DNA of 64,000 nucleotides from Escherichia coli (GTDB lineage Bacteria; Pseudomonadota; Gammaproteobacteria; Enterobacterales; Enterobacteriaceae): NCBI RefSeq assembly GCF_030013595.1, contig NZ_CP122768.1; one strand, 5' to 3'. Shown piece by piece: positions 43,895 to 60,159 of this stretch (position 1 is its first letter; each line of letters starts with the position of its first letter). The notes under the pieces were generated by a model. It saw only the letters and a program-made list of their open reading frames with translations, ran no database searches and was not told where the DNA came from. The position numbers and the translations under genes were made by a program.

Positions 43895-44007
43895 GCGCGG
43901 TTATCCTCTGTTATAAGCTTTCTCCAGAGCCAGATAACGCCGCTGTCTCTGGATTGCCGAAATATGCTTCCCGCTACCTGGGAAGGGGCTATCAACTGTA
44001 CTGCACG

Positions 44008-44029
44008 GTAATGTGACGTCCTTTGCATA
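44008..44029. promoter_or_regulatory. CRP-like site in the crp leader/promoter region (candidate autoregulatory site)
   Basis: taaTGTGAcgtcctTTGCAtac, TGTGA half-site plus imperfect second half, about 120 bp upstream of the crp ATG. Confidence 0.5.
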
Positions 44030-44195
44030 CATGCAGTACATCAATGTATTACTGTAGCATCCTGACTGTTTTAGCATAGCTTTCGCTTTGTGTCTCCTGG
44101 TGTCTCGCTTCAGCATGACCCAGGTCGCCTTCCGTTGCGCGATTTGGTTAGTACGCGTACTCTGTCAGGAAAATTGACGCAGTGGAGTAGCAAAA

Positions 44196-44600
44196 ATGCA
44201 AGCGCGAGTGAAGTGGGTCGAAGGGTTAACTTTTCTGGGCGAATCCGCCTCTGGTCACCAGATTTTAATGGACGGCAACTCAGGCGATAAAGCACCAAGT
44301 CCGATGGAAATGGTGTTGATGGCGGCGGGTGGTTGCAGTGCCATCGATGTGGTTTCTATTCTGCAAAAAGGGCGTCAGGATGTGGTCGATTGTGAAGTAA
44401 AATGGACCTCTGAACGCCGCGAAGAGGCACCACGCCTGTTTACGCACATTAATCTGCATTTTATCGTCACCGGTCGCGACCTGAAAGACGCAGCGGTTGC
44501 GCGTGCGGTAGATCTCTCTGCCGAGAAATATTGTTCAGTGGCGTTGATGCTGGAAAAAGCGGTGAATATTACTCACTCGTATGAAGTGGTTGCCGCGTGA
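44196..44600 (+). CDS. yhfA: OsmC-like protein YhfA
   Basis: 134 aa, divergent from crp. Confidence 0.9.
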   Translation: MQARVKWVEGLTFLGESASGHQILMDGNSGDKAPSPMEMVLMAAGGCSAIDVVSILQKGRQDVVDCEVKWTSERREEAPRLFTHINLHFIVTGRDLKDAAVARAVDLSAEKYCSVALMLEKAVNITHSYEVVAA

Positions 44601-44620
44601 TTTAACTATCCCGTTGTGAA

Positions 44621-44642
44621 GCCGGATAGTATTTTATCCGGC
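44621..44642. repeat. REP-like hairpin between convergent yhfA and prkB
   Basis: gccggata-gtattt-tatccggc, perfect 8-bp stem. Confidence 0.45.
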
Positions 44643-44654
44643 GTAATAGCAGAG

Positions 44655-45524
44655 TTACTCGATTTTCTTCCCTTCCATCAATCGTTGCACCAGCGGCAGC
44701 ATAATTAATTCCATTGCCAGACCCATTTTGCCGCCGGGCACCACTAACGTATTGATGTGGGAAATGAATGAGCCTTGCAACATCGCCAGCAGCCAGGGAA
44801 AATCGATCCCTTCCAGATTACGAAAATGGATCACCACAAAGCTTTCATCCAGCGACGGGATAGCTTTTGCCGCGAACGGGTTTGAAGTGTCGACGGTGGG
44901 AACGCGCTGGAAGTTAAGATGGGTGCGGGAAAACTGCGGTGTGATGTAGTTGATATAGTCTTCCATTGAACGCACTACCGAGTCCATCACTGCTTCTCGT
45001 GAGTGCCCGCGCTCGCTGGTGTCGCGGATCAGTTTTTGAATCCACTCAAGGTTAACGATAGGCACCACGCCGACCAGTAAGTCCACATGCTGCGCAACGT
45101 TATGCTGTGGCGTGACTACGCCGCCGTGTAAACCTTCATAAAACAGTACATCAGTGGGTTCTGGTAAAGGTTGCCATGGGGTGAATGTCCCCGGTACCTG
45201 ATTCCACGGTACGGCTTCGTCGTAGGTATGCAGATATTTGCGAGATTTCCCTTTGCCGCTCTGACCATATTCAATGAAGGTTTGTTCCAGCAGGCCAAAG
45301 TCGTTCGCTTCGGGGCCGAAGTAGCTGATATGCCGCCCGGCGTCGCGCGCTTTGCGGATCGCCATGTCCATTTCCGGGCGTGTGTAACGGTGAAAACTGT
45401 CGCCTTCCACCTCGGCTGCATGCAGATTTAACTGCGCGAATATTTTACGAAACGCGAGGCTGGTGGTGGTGGTCCCCGCGCCGCTGGATCCTGTTACCGC
45501 AATGACCGGATGTTTGGCAGACAT
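44655..45524 (-). CDS. prkB: phosphoribulokinase homolog (P-loop kinase)
   Basis: 289 aa; N-terminal Walker A VIAVTGSSGAGTTT. Confidence 0.9.
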   Translation of the reverse strand: MSAKHPVIAVTGSSGAGTTTTSLAFRKIFAQLNLHAAEVEGDSFHRYTRPEMDMAIRKARDAGRHISYFGPEANDFGLLEQTFIEYGQSGKGKSRKYLHTYDEAVPWNQVPGTFTPWQPLPEPTDVLFYEGLHGGVVTPQHNVAQHVDLLVGVVPIVNLEWIQKLIRDTSERGHSREAVMDSVVRSMEDYINYITPQFSRTHLNFQRVPTVDTSNPFAAKAIPSLDESFVVIHFRNLEGIDFPWLLAMLQGSFISHINTLVVPGGKMGLAMELIMLPLVQRLMEGKKIE

Positions 45525-45577
45525 AGTAACTCCATGACTTAGCTATCATTATTATCTCGTCCGCCGACGGTTGCAGG

Positions 45578-45796
45578 TTATTCGCGAAACTGACTGCGCG
45601 GCATGATATTGACCGTTTCGTGCAGCTCCGACCATACCAGCACCGCTTCTCCGCACTGTAGCTGGCGTTTGACGTCGGCGACTTTCTGTTCAAGTGTACG
45701 CTCATGTTCACCATAATCGGTGCCTTCACGTAACACAAAGCTTTCAATTAAATTTTCCAGCGTTTCGGGGGAGAGGTCTTGCCACGGAATCAACAT
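45578..45796 (-). CDS. yheU: small protein YheU
   Basis: 72 aa; overlaps the yheT stop. Confidence 0.8.
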
Positions 45797-46812
45797 GATT
45801 TCGCCTCCAGATACGTTGTTAACCAGTCAGGAATGCGTGACTCCAGCCACATTTGTGGATGAAGTAATGTACCGCCAATAAAGCCAACATGACCGCCATG
45901 TTCAGTCAGCTGATACTCCACCTGCGGGGGGAGACTTTCCGGTTTCGGGATCACCTGATGATCCATAAACGGATCGTCTTTGGCGTGAATAATCAGCGTC
46001 GGTTTGGCGATCCGGTTCAGCATCGGCATGGCGCTACACTGACGATAATAGTCGATAGCGTCGGCGTAGCCGTGAATTCTGGCGGTGATGAGATCGTCAA
46101 ATTCACGGATGCGACGTACCGATTTTAACTGCGCGAGATTAATCGGCAGCGTTCCGGGGTAGGCAGCCAGCTTGCGTGCGGCATTGGCTTTTAACAGGTT
46201 CAGCAAGTAACGCTGATAGACGCGGGAAAAGCCCTTTTCCATATGATAGCTACAGGCTTCCAGCATAAACGGCGCAGAGACAATCACCGCCGCATCAATC
46301 GGGAGATCATTGCCTTCTTTTGCCAGCAAACAGGCCAGCATATTACCGCCGAGCGAATAGCCGACGGCAGCCGTTGGCGCATGACCAGACTCGCGTTGCA
46401 GCCAGCGTAAAAACCAACTGGCGTCTTCGGTTTCGCCCGAATGGTAAATGCGGTGCATACGGTTTGGTTCACCGCTGCATCCGCGAAAATGCATCACCAC
46501 GCCCAGCCAGCCGCGCTTTTGCGCCGCCTCAACCAGACCGTGAGCGTAAGGGCTATTGAGACTGCCTTCCAGCCCGTGAAATACCACTAAACGCGGTTTA
46601 TGACGCGCCTGTGCAGGGTCTTCACTCCACGCGAGATCGACAAAATCGCCGTCGGGCAACTCCAGTCGCTGCCAGTGCGGGGTGAATTTCACCTTGCGAC
46701 GAAACAGACGCGGCAGCATGGTTTGTAGATGACAATTGCTAAAGCCGCGCATAGGGGTGAATTCAGCACTGCTGCTGAATTCATTGGCATCGGTCGTCGT
46801 TATCTGCGCCAT
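45790..46812 (-). CDS. yheT: alpha/beta-hydrolase-fold protein YheT
   Basis: 340 aa with nucleophile-elbow-like GYSLGG. Confidence 0.88.
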
Positions 46813-48725
46813 CAGTTGCTTTGGCCTTCCAGCAGCATCTGCTCAAGCTGCTCCTGGGCTTCCAGCCACGCCATTTCGCACTCTTCCAGGCCGGATTTGG
46901 CGCTGGCTTGCTGTTGCAGGCAGGCGGTCAACTCCGCTTTACGGCTTTGATCGTACAGTTCGCTGTCGCCGAGTTTCTCTTCCGCCTGCGCCAGCTGTGC
47001 GTTCAGCTTTTCCATCTCTTTTTCCAGACGGGCGATCTCTTTACGCAGCGGTTGGGTTTGCGCACGCAGCTCCGCTTCCCGACGCTTCTGATCTTTACGT
47101 GCCTGGGCGCTGTTTGCGTTCTCTTTTGGCGCTTCGTCGGTCTGGTTTTCCTGCTTTTGTACGTCGCTCAACCACTGTTGATAATCTTCCAGATCGCCGT
47201 CGAACGGTTCGACTTTACGATCGTGAACCAGGTAGAGATCGTCAGTGGTGGAACGCAGCAAATGACGGTCGTGCGAGACGACAACCAGCGCGCCTTCGAA
47301 CTCGATTAATGCTTCAGTCAGTGCCTGACGCATGTCGAGGTCAAGGTGGTTAGTCGGTTCGTCGAGCAGCAGCAGATTCGGACGCTGCCAGACAATTAAT
47401 GCCAGCACCAGGCGGGCTTTTTCCCCACCGGAGAAGCGGCGCGTTTCTTCCGTCACTTTATCGCCCTGGAAACCAAAGCCGCCGAGGTAGTCACGCAGTT
47501 TTTGCTCCAGTTCCTGCGGCGCTAAACGTGCCAGATGTTGAATAGGCGATTCGTCGGCGCGCAGGTATTCAAGTTGATGCTGGGCGAAGTAGCCGAGCTT
47601 GATCCCTTTCGCCAGACCAATTTCACCGCTGACTGGCGCAAGTTCACCGGCTAACAGTTTGATTAATGTCGATTTACCCGCGCCGTTGCGGCCTAGCAGA
47701 CCAATGCGCGAGCCGGGGACCAGATTCAGTTTAATCGAGTCGAGAATAATGCGATCGCCATAGCCTGCGCTGACCTTTTCCATCTTCAGTAACGGATTTG
47801 GCAGGCTTTCCGGCGCGCGGAAGCTAAAGCGGAACGGGTTGTCGACGTGCGCGGGGGCAATCAGCTCCATACGCTCAAGCATCTTAATGCGGCTCTGGGC
47901 CTGCTTCGCTTTGGTGGCTTTGGCACGGAAACGGTCGATATAACTTTGCAGATGCGCCACGCGTTCCTGCTGGCTTTCGTACATCGCTTGTTGCTGCGCC
48001 AGACGGGTGGCGCGCTGCACTTCAAACGAACTGTAGTTGCCGGTGTACTCGAACATGCTTTGTTGTTCGATATGAATAATTTTATCAACGATCGGATCGA
48101 GGAAGTCGCGGTCGTGAGAGATCAGGATCAGCGTGCCCTGATAGCTCTTCAGCCATTTTTCCAGCCAGATAACGGCATCGAGATCGAGGTGGTTAGTCGG
48201 TTCGTCGAGCAGCAGCAAGTCTGAACGGCAAATCAGCGCCTGGGCAAGGTTAAGACGCATACGCCAGCCACCAGAGAAATCACTTACCGGGCGCTCCAGT
48301 TGTTCATTGCTGAAACCGAGGCCGTGCAGCAGGCTGGCGGCACGGGAGCGAATACTCCATGCGTCGATAGCATCCAGCTTGCCATGAATAGTGGCGATGG
48401 CGTGCCCGTCGTTACGTTCGTTGGCGTCGTGTAGCTGCGCTTCCAGTTGACGATATTCACGGTCGCCGTCAATGACATATTCCAGCGCCGCTTGCGGTAA
48501 CGCCGGCGTTTCCTGATTCACCCACGCCAGTTGCCAGCTTCCCGGAAAGGTGTAGCTGCCGCCGTCGGCGCTGATTTCATTTTTCAGCAATGCCAGCAGG
48601 GTAGATTTACCACAGCCGTTTTTACCCACCAGGCCGACTTTCTGCCCGGGGTTGATGGTGGCGGTGGCATTATCCAGCAGGACGCGCACGCCGCGACGAA
48701 TTTGTAACGAGGAGAAAACAATCAT
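46812..48725 (-). CDS. yheS: ABC-F family ATPase YheS (two ABC domains, no membrane domain)
   Basis: 637 aa with two Walker A motifs (GKNGCGKST, GRNGAGKST), two LSGG signatures and a C-terminal coiled coil. Confidence 0.93.
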   Translation of the reverse strand: MIVFSSLQIRRGVRVLLDNATATINPGQKVGLVGKNGCGKSTLLALLKNEISADGGSYTFPGSWQLAWVNQETPALPQAALEYVIDGDREYRQLEAQLHDANERNDGHAIATIHGKLDAIDAWSIRSRAASLLHGLGFSNEQLERPVSDFSGGWRMRLNLAQALICRSDLLLLDEPTNHLDLDAVIWLEKWLKSYQGTLILISHDRDFLDPIVDKIIHIEQQSMFEYTGNYSSFEVQRATRLAQQQAMYESQQERVAHLQSYIDRFRAKATKAKQAQSRIKMLERMELIAPAHVDNPFRFSFRAPESLPNPLLKMEKVSAGYGDRIILDSIKLNLVPGSRIGLLGRNGAGKSTLIKLLAGELAPVSGEIGLAKGIKLGYFAQHQLEYLRADESPIQHLARLAPQELEQKLRDYLGGFGFQGDKVTEETRRFSGGEKARLVLALIVWQRPNLLLLDEPTNHLDLDMRQALTEALIEFEGALVVVSHDRHLLRSTTDDLYLVHDRKVEPFDGDLEDYQQWLSDVQKQENQTDEAPKENANSAQARKDQKRREAELRAQTQPLRKEIARLEKEMEKLNAQLAQAEEKLGDSELYDQSRKAELTACLQQQASAKSGLEECEMAWLEAQEQLEQMLLEGQSN

Positions 48726-48852
48726 AAGGCGCCGTATGTTCAGACTATGTTAACTTATCATTATGATAATGTAATGTATGGGCGAGCTGCCGCACCGGGC
48801 GCAATGGTAGCCCAAAACAGCGACTATACACAAAAACCATACCGGGAGGGGG

Positions 48853-49407
48853 ATGATGTCTCAGCCAGCGAAAGTTTTGCTGCTGTATGCCCATCCGGAA
48901 TCTCAGGACTCGTTGGCAAACCGGGTACTGCTTAAACCGGCCACGCAGCTCAGCAATGTTACCGTGCACGACCTTTACGCGCACTATCCCGATTTTTTTA
49001 TTGATATCTCCCGTGAGCAGGCATTACTGCGCGAGCACGAGGTGATTGTCTTTCAGCATCCTCTTTATACCTATAGCTGCCCGGCGCTACTGAAAGAGTG
49101 GCTGGACCGGGTATTAAGCCGTGGTTTTGCCAGCGGGCCGGGAGGAAACCAACAGGCGGGAAAGTACTGGCGTAGCGTGATTACCACCGGCGAGCCGGAA
49201 AGTGCTTACCGTTATGACGCCTTGAATCGCTACCCGATGAGCGATGTTCTGCGCCCCTTTGAACTGGCGGCGGGCATGTGCCGGATGCATTGGTTGAGTC
49301 CCATCATTATTTACTGGGCGAGACGGCAAAGCGCACAGGAGCTGGCGAGTCACGCCAGAGCCTACGGTGACTGGCTGGCAAATCCGCTGTCTCCAGGAGG
49401 CCGCTGA
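48853..49407 (+). CDS. kefG: KefB ancillary protein KefG (flavodoxin-like quinone-oxidoreductase fold)
   Basis: 184 aa; stop overlaps the kefB start (TGATG). Confidence 0.92.
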   Translation: MMSQPAKVLLLYAHPESQDSLANRVLLKPATQLSNVTVHDLYAHYPDFFIDISREQALLREHEVIVFQHPLYTYSCPALLKEWLDRVLSRGFASGPGGNQQAGKYWRSVITTGEPESAYRYDALNRYPMSDVLRPFELAAGMCRMHWLSPIIIYWARRQSAQELASHARAYGDWLANPLSPGGR

Positions 49408-51212
49408 TGGAAGGTTCCGATTTTTTACTCGCAGGAGTGTTGTTTCTCTTCGCGGCGGTGGCTGCGGTGCCGCTGGCATCGCGGCTGGGTATTGGCGCTG
49501 TGTTGGGATATTTGCTGGCAGGGATTGCAATTGGCCCGTGGGGGCTGGGGTTTATTAGCGACGTCGATGAGATCCTCCACTTTTCGGAACTCGGCGTGGT
49601 GTTCCTGATGTTTATCATCGGCCTTGAGTTGAATCCCTCCAAGCTTTGGCAACTGCGGCGTTCGATTTTTGGCGTAGGCGCGGCACAGGTGCTGTTAAGC
49701 GCGGCGTTGCTGGCGGGATTATTGATGCTGACGGATTTCGCCTGGCAGGCGGCGGTGGTCGGTGGTATTGGCCTTGCGATGTCCTCAACCGCAATGGCGT
49801 TGCAACTGATGCGTGAGAAAGGGATGAATCGCAGCGAATCCGGGCAGCTAGGTTTTTCGGTTCTGCTGTTTCAGGATCTGGCAGTGATCCCGGCGCTGGC
49901 GTTAGTGCCGTTGTTGGCGGGGTCGGCAGACGAACATTTCGACTGGATGAAGATCGGCATGAAGGTGCTGGCGTTTGTCGGCATGCTGATTGGCGGGCGC
50001 TATTTACTGCGTCCGGTATTCCGTTTTATTGCAGCTTCTGGTGTGCGGGAAGTGTTCACCGCCGCGACGCTGCTGCTGGTGTTGGGTTCCGCAATGTTTA
50101 TGGATGCGCTGGGGCTGTCGATGGCGCTCGGTACGTTTATTGCGGGCGTGCTGCTGGCGGAAAGTGAATATCGCCATGAACTGGAAACGGCTATCGATCC
50201 CTTCAAAGGCTTGCTGCTCGGTTTGTTCTTTATCTCTGTCGGCATGTCACTCAACCTCGGGGTGCTTTATACCCATCTGTTGTGGGTAGTGATAGCTGTG
50301 GTTGTGCTGGTGGCAGTGAAAATTCTCGTGCTGTATCTGCTGGCGCGATTGTATGGCGTGCGTAGCTCAGAGCGGATGCAGTTTGCTGGCGTGTTGAGTC
50401 AGGGCGGTGAGTTTGCCTTTGTGCTCTTTTCTACCGCTTCTTCACAACGCTTATTCCAGGGTGACCAGATGGCGCTGTTGCTGGTGACGGTGACGCTTTC
50501 CATGATGACCACGCCGCTGCTGATGAAGCTGGTAGATAAATGGCTATCCCGCCAGTTTAACGGACCGGAAGAAGAGGATGAAAAACCGTGGGTCAACGAT
50601 GATAAACCCCAGGTCATTGTCGTGGGCTTTGGACGTTTTGGTCAGGTGATTGGTCGTTTGCTGATGGCAAATAAAATGCGCATTACTGTGCTGGAGCGGG
50701 ATATCAGCGCCGTTAACCTGATGCGCAAATATGGCTACAAAGTTTATTACGGCGACGCCACGCAGGTCGATCTTTTACGTTCTGCGGGAGCAGAGGCCGC
50801 TGAGTCTATCGTTATTACCTGTAACGAGCCGGAAGACACCATGAAGCTGGTGGAAATATGCCAGCAGCACTTTCCGCATTTGCATATTCTTGCGCGAGCG
50901 CGCGGACGTGTGGAAGCGCATGAGTTATTACAGGCAGGGGTGACGCAGTTTTCCCGTGAAACATTCTCCAGTGCGTTAGAGCTGGGGCGCAAGACGCTGG
51001 TCACGCTTGGCATGCATCCGCATCAGGCACAGCGGGCGCAACTGCATTTTCGCCGCCTGGATATGCGGATGCTGCGAGAGCTCATCCCAATGCATGCCGA
51101 TACCGTACAAATTTCTCGCGCCAGGGAAGCCCGACGCGAACTGGAAGAGATTTTCCAGCGTGAAATGCAACAAGAACGACGCCAGCTGGACGGCTGGGAT
51201 GAATTTGAGTAG
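49407..51212 (+). CDS. kefB: glutathione-regulated K+ efflux antiporter KefB
   Basis: 601 aa with membrane domain plus C-terminal KTN/RCK domain ([11 protein letters not shown]). Confidence 0.95.
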   Translation: MEGSDFLLAGVLFLFAAVAAVPLASRLGIGAVLGYLLAGIAIGPWGLGFISDVDEILHFSELGVVFLMFIIGLELNPSKLWQLRRSIFGVGAAQVLLSAALLAGLLMLTDFAWQAAVVGGIGLAMSSTAMALQLMREKGMNRSESGQLGFSVLLFQDLAVIPALALVPLLAGSADEHFDWMKIGMKVLAFVGMLIGGRYLLRPVFRFIAASGVREVFTAATLLLVLGSAMFMDALGLSMALGTFIAGVLLAESEYRHELETAIDPFKGLLLGLFFISVGMSLNLGVLYTHLLWVVIAVVVLVAVKILVLYLLARLYGVRSSERMQFAGVLSQGGEFAFVLFSTASSQRLFQGDQMALLLVTVTLSMMTTPLLMKLVDKWLSRQFNGPEEEDEKPWVNDDKPQVIVVGFGRFGQVIGRLLMANKMRITVLERDISAVNLMRKYGYKVYYGDATQVDLLRSAGAEAAESIVITCNEPEDTMKLVEICQQHFPHLHILARARGRVEAHELLQAGVTQFSRETFSSALELGRKTLVTLGMHPHQAQRAQLHFRRLDMRMLRELIPMHADTVQISRAREARRELEEIFQREMQQERRQLDGWDEFE

Positions 51213-51221
51213 AGGGTAAAG

Positions 51222-51422
51222 ATGGCAATCCGAAAACGTTTTATTGCGGGGGCAAAATGCCCGGCCTGTCAGGCGCAGGATTCAATGGCGATGTGGCGCG
51301 AAAATAATATTGATATTGTTGAATGTGTTAAGTGCGGACATCAGATGCGAGAAGCGGACAAAGAAGCCCGCGATCACGTTCGCAAAGATGAGCAAGTGAT
51401 CGGGATTTTTCATCCGGACTAG
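51222..51422 (+). CDS. yheV: small zinc-ribbon-like protein YheV
   Basis: 66 aa with two CxxC pairs (CPACQ...CVKCGH). Confidence 0.8.
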   Translation: MAIRKRFIAGAKCPACQAQDSMAMWRENNIDIVECVKCGHQMREADKEARDHVRKDEQVIGIFHPD

Positions 51423-51516
51423 CGATATGCGCCGAGTTTTTTTAAGCTAGTGAGTACACGGCTGCAGAATTCCGCTACAATCTGCGCCACTATTCTTCCC
51501 ATGCTCAGGAGATATC

Positions 51517-52107
51517 ATGAAAGTAGCAAAAGACCTGGTGGTCAGCCTGGCCTATCAGGTACGTACAGAAGACGGTGTGTTGGTTGATGAGTCTCCGGTG
51601 AGTGCGCCGCTGGACTACCTGCATGGTCACGGTTCCCTGATCTCTGGCCTGGAAACGGCGCTGGAAGGTCACGAAGTTGGCGACAAATTTGATGTCGCTG
51701 TTGGCGCGAACGACGCTTACGGTCAGTACGACGAAAACCTGGTGCAACGCGTTCCTAAAGACGTATTTATGGGCGTTGATGAACTGCAGGTTGGTATGCG
51801 TTTCCTGGCTGAAACCGACCAGGGTCCGGTACCGGTTGAAATCACTGCGGTTGAAGACGATCACGTCGTGGTTGATGGTAACCACATGCTGGCCGGTCAG
51901 AACCTGAAATTCAACGTTGAAGTTGTGGCGATTCGCGAAGCGACTGAAGAAGAACTGGCTCATGGCCACGTTCACGGTGCGCACGATCATCACCACGATC
52001 ACGACCACGACGGTTGCTGCGGTGGTCATGGCCACGATCACGGTCATGAACACGGTGGCGAAGGCTGCTGCGGCGGTAAAGGTAACGGCGGTTGCGGTTG
52101 CCACTAA
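51517..52107 (+). CDS. slyD: FKBP-type PPIase / metallochaperone SlyD
   Basis: 196 aa, MKVAKDLVVSLAYQVRTEDG... with His/Cys-rich C-terminal tail. Confidence 0.96.
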   Translation: MKVAKDLVVSLAYQVRTEDGVLVDESPVSAPLDYLHGHGSLISGLETALEGHEVGDKFDVAVGANDAYGQYDENLVQRVPKDVFMGVDELQVGMRFLAETDQGPVPVEITAVEDDHVVVDGNHMLAGQNLKFNVEVVAIREATEEELAHGHVHGAHDHHHDHDHDGCCGGHGHDHGHEHGGEGCCGGKGNGGCGCH

Positions 52108-52122
52108 TACCGAAAACGTGAC

Positions 52123-52150
52123 AAAAAAGCGGGGAATCCCCGCTTTTTTT
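52123..52150. terminator. bidirectional terminator between slyD and slyX
   Basis: gcgggg-aat-ccccgc hairpin flanked by A6 and T7. Confidence 0.8.
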
Positions 52151-52155
52151 ACGCC

Positions 52156-52374
52156 TCAATAATGTGGCGGTGGCGTTTCTTCAGCCTGCGACGCGATGTT
52201 CGACGGCTGGCTGGCTTTTAGCTTCTCGGTCAGCAGACGCAGATGATCGCGCAGTTTCGCCATCTCCATTTCATGAGCGGTCACCGTGACGTTCAGTTCT
52301 TCAATGGTGATTTCCTGAAAAGCCAGTCGGCTCTCCAGCTCTGCCAGGCGTGCTTCCAATGATAAATCCTGCAT
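52156..52374 (-). CDS. slyX: small coiled-coil protein SlyX
   Basis: 72 aa, [28 protein letters not shown]... Confidence 0.88.
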
Positions 52375-52454
52375 GATTCACCTCTTTTGTCGAATGGTCG
52401 CCGCGGATTCTACTTAACTTTGCTGCCCGAGACAGCACTCATTTCGCGGTCATC

Positions 52455-52482
52455 GAAACTAATTTAAACAAAAAGAGTCTGA
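52455..52482 (+). promoter_or_regulatory. candidate sigma-E-type promoter of fkpA
   Basis: GAAACT ... 17 bp ... TCTGA resembles the GGAACTT-N16-TCTGA sigma-E consensus, about 110 bp upstream of the fkpA ATG. Confidence 0.4.
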
Positions 52483-52594
52483 AAATAGATGATAATAGGG
52501 CGTGTCTGTATGTAGATTTGTTCGACAACGCTTTATAGTACCCTTCTGATAATAGTTAACCCTGGGGTGAGATGCCCCGATCCTGGAGATATGG

Positions 52595-53407
52595 ATGAAA
52601 TCACTGTTTAAAGTAACGCTGCTGGCGACCACAATGGCCGTTGCCCTGCATGCACCGATCACTTTTGCTGCTGAAGCTGCAAAACCTGCTACAACTGCTG
52701 ACAGCAAAGCAGCGTTCAAAAATGACGATCAGAAATCAGCTTATGCACTGGGTGCTTCGCTGGGTCGTTACATGGAAAACTCTCTTAAAGAACAAGAAAA
52801 ACTGGGCATCAAACTGGATAAAGATCAGCTGATCGCTGGTGTTCAGGATGCATTTGCTGATAAGAGCAAACTCTCCGACCAAGAGATCGAACAGACACTG
52901 CAAGCATTCGAAGCTCGCGTGAAGTCTTCTGCTCAGGCGAAGATGGAAAAAGACGCGGCAGATAACGAAGCGAAAGGTAAAGAGTACCGCGAGAAATTTG
53001 CCAAAGAGAAAGGTGTGAAAACCTCTTCAACTGGTCTGGTTTATCAGGTAGTCGAAGCCGGTAAAGGCGAAGCACCGAAAGACAGCGATACTGTTGTCGT
53101 GAACTACAAAGGTACGCTGATCGACGGTAAAGAGTTCGACAACTCTTACACCCGTGGTGAACCGCTCTCTTTCCGTCTGGACGGTGTTATTCCGGGTTGG
53201 ACAGAAGGTCTGAAGAACATCAAGAAAGGCGGTAAGATCAAACTGGTTATTCCACCAGAACTGGCTTACGGCAAAGCGGGTGTTCCGGGGATCCCACCGA
53301 ATTCTACCCTGGTGTTTGACGTAGAGCTGCTGGATGTGAAACCAGCGCCGAAGGCTGATGCAAAGCCGGAAGCTGATGCGAAAGCCGCAGATTCTGCTAA
53401 AAAATAA
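52595..53407 (+). CDS. fkpA: periplasmic FKBP-type PPIase FkpA
   Basis: 270 aa with signal peptide, dimerisation helices and C-terminal FKBP domain. Confidence 0.95.
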   Translation: MKSLFKVTLLATTMAVALHAPITFAAEAAKPATTADSKAAFKNDDQKSAYALGASLGRYMENSLKEQEKLGIKLDKDQLIAGVQDAFADKSKLSDQEIEQTLQAFEARVKSSAQAKMEKDAADNEAKGKEYREKFAKEKGVKTSSTGLVYQVVEAGKGEAPKDSDTVVVNYKGTLIDGKEFDNSYTRGEPLSFRLDGVIPGWTEGLKNIKKGGKIKLVIPPELAYGKAGVPGIPPNSTLVFDVELLDVKPAPKADAKPEADAKAADSAKK

Positions 53408-53416
53408 GCATTAAGA

Positions 53417-53447
53417 ACCGCCGCCTGACCAGGCGGCGGTTTTTTTA
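53417..53447 (+). terminator. fkpA Rho-independent terminator
   Basis: 10-bp stem accgccgcct/aggcggcggt followed by T7. Confidence 0.85.
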
Positions 53448-53572
53448 TTACAGGCCGGATATAATTAGTGCTGGAAAGCGGAACCTCCGCTGTATTAATT
53501 TAGTTACCCGCATCATTAATGAGCCTGCCCTGAAAAGTTAACGACAGGCTCCTGAAAAGGAGTGTTTTTTTC

Positions 53573-54680
<1,108 letters not shown>

Positions 54681-54681
<1 letters not shown>

Positions 54682-55040
54682 TGAAACGAATTGCGTTTGT
54701 TTTTTCTACTGCACCTCATGGTACAGCTGCTGGTCGGGAAGGTTTAGATGCTTTACTGGCAACTTCCGCATTAACTGACGATCTGGCCGTCTTCTTTATT
54801 GCTGATGGCGTTTTTCAGCTGCTGCCAGGACAAAAGCCCGATGCAGTGCTGGCGCGTGATTACATTGCCACTTTTAAATTGTTGGGTCTGTACGACATTG
54901 AACAGTGCTGGGTTTGTGCGGCTTCACTGCGCGAACGCGGGTTAGATCCGCAGACACCCTTTGTTGTCGAAGCCACGCCGCTCGAAGCAGATGCCTTACG
55001 CCGCGAACTCGCCAACTACGATGTTATTTTGAGGTTTTGA
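54681..55040 (+). CDS. tusC: sulfurtransferase complex subunit TusC
   Basis: 119 aa; TGATG overlap with tusD. Confidence 0.93.
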
Positions 55041-55047
55041 GGCGTTT

Positions 55048-55335
55048 ATGCTGCACACATTACATCGTTCACCCTGGCTGACGGATTTTGCTGCGCTGTT
55101 GCGTCTACTCAGTGAAGGCGACGAACTGCTATTATTGCAAGATGGTGTAACTGCCGCAGTTGACGGTAACCGCTACCTTGAAAGTCTGCGTAATGCCCCC
55201 ATTAAGGTCTATGCCCTGAACGAAGACCTTATTGCCCGCGGTTTGACTGGTCAAATTTCGAACGACATCATTCCCATTGACTATACTGATTTCGTCAGAC
55301 TTACGGTTAAGCACTCCAGCCAGATGGCCTGGTGA
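55048..55335 (+). CDS. tusB: sulfurtransferase complex subunit TusB
   Basis: 95 aa. Confidence 0.92.
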   Translation: MLHTLHRSPWLTDFAALLRLLSEGDELLLLQDGVTAAVDGNRYLESLRNAPIKVYALNEDLIARGLTGQISNDIIPIDYTDFVRLTVKHSSQMAW

Positions 55336-55357
55336 TGGCGGGATCGTTGTATATTTC

Positions 55358-55835
<478 letters not shown>

Positions 55836-55916
55836 TGGTTCTCCGTTAAGTAAGGCCAAACGTTTTAACTTAAATGTCAAACTAAACTCGTAGAGTTTTG
55901 GACAATCCTGAATTAA

Positions 55917-56402
<486 letters not shown>

Positions 56403-56486
56403 TCCCTTCGGAGTTTTAGTCACCAGGCGGGCGCTTCCAGTAAGCAGCCCGCTTTGGGCTACTTAAATTGAACGCCTAAAAGATAA

Positions 56487-58613
<2,127 letters not shown>

Positions 58614-58626
58614 GCCTAAGGGTTAA

Positions 58627-59868
<1,242 letters not shown>

Positions 59869-59892
59869 TTACACGTTAATTAGTTTCGAATT

Positions 59893-59918
59893 AAAAAGGG
59901 CGCTTCGGCGCCCTTTTT
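59893..59918 (+). terminator. tufA Rho-independent terminator
   Basis: gggcgc-ttcg-gcgccc hairpin flanked by A5 and T5. Confidence 0.9.
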
Positions 59919-60159
59919 GCATTTGTTGACTGCATATCTTATTCGTACTGTCAGAACGAATAAATTATTCATATTTAAAATATAAATTAAATTTAACATC
60001 TTAAATATGAATGTTTCTGTTTTTAAAAAGCTTCTTTTGTCAGGCTTTTTTCTTATTTTTAATGCCGTAATTTAATTCATATTGAAGGGTTCTCGTAAAA
60101 CGTAAATAATTCCTGCGTAGGACTTTTGTTTTGCAGTTTTTACGTCACAAGGGATTATA

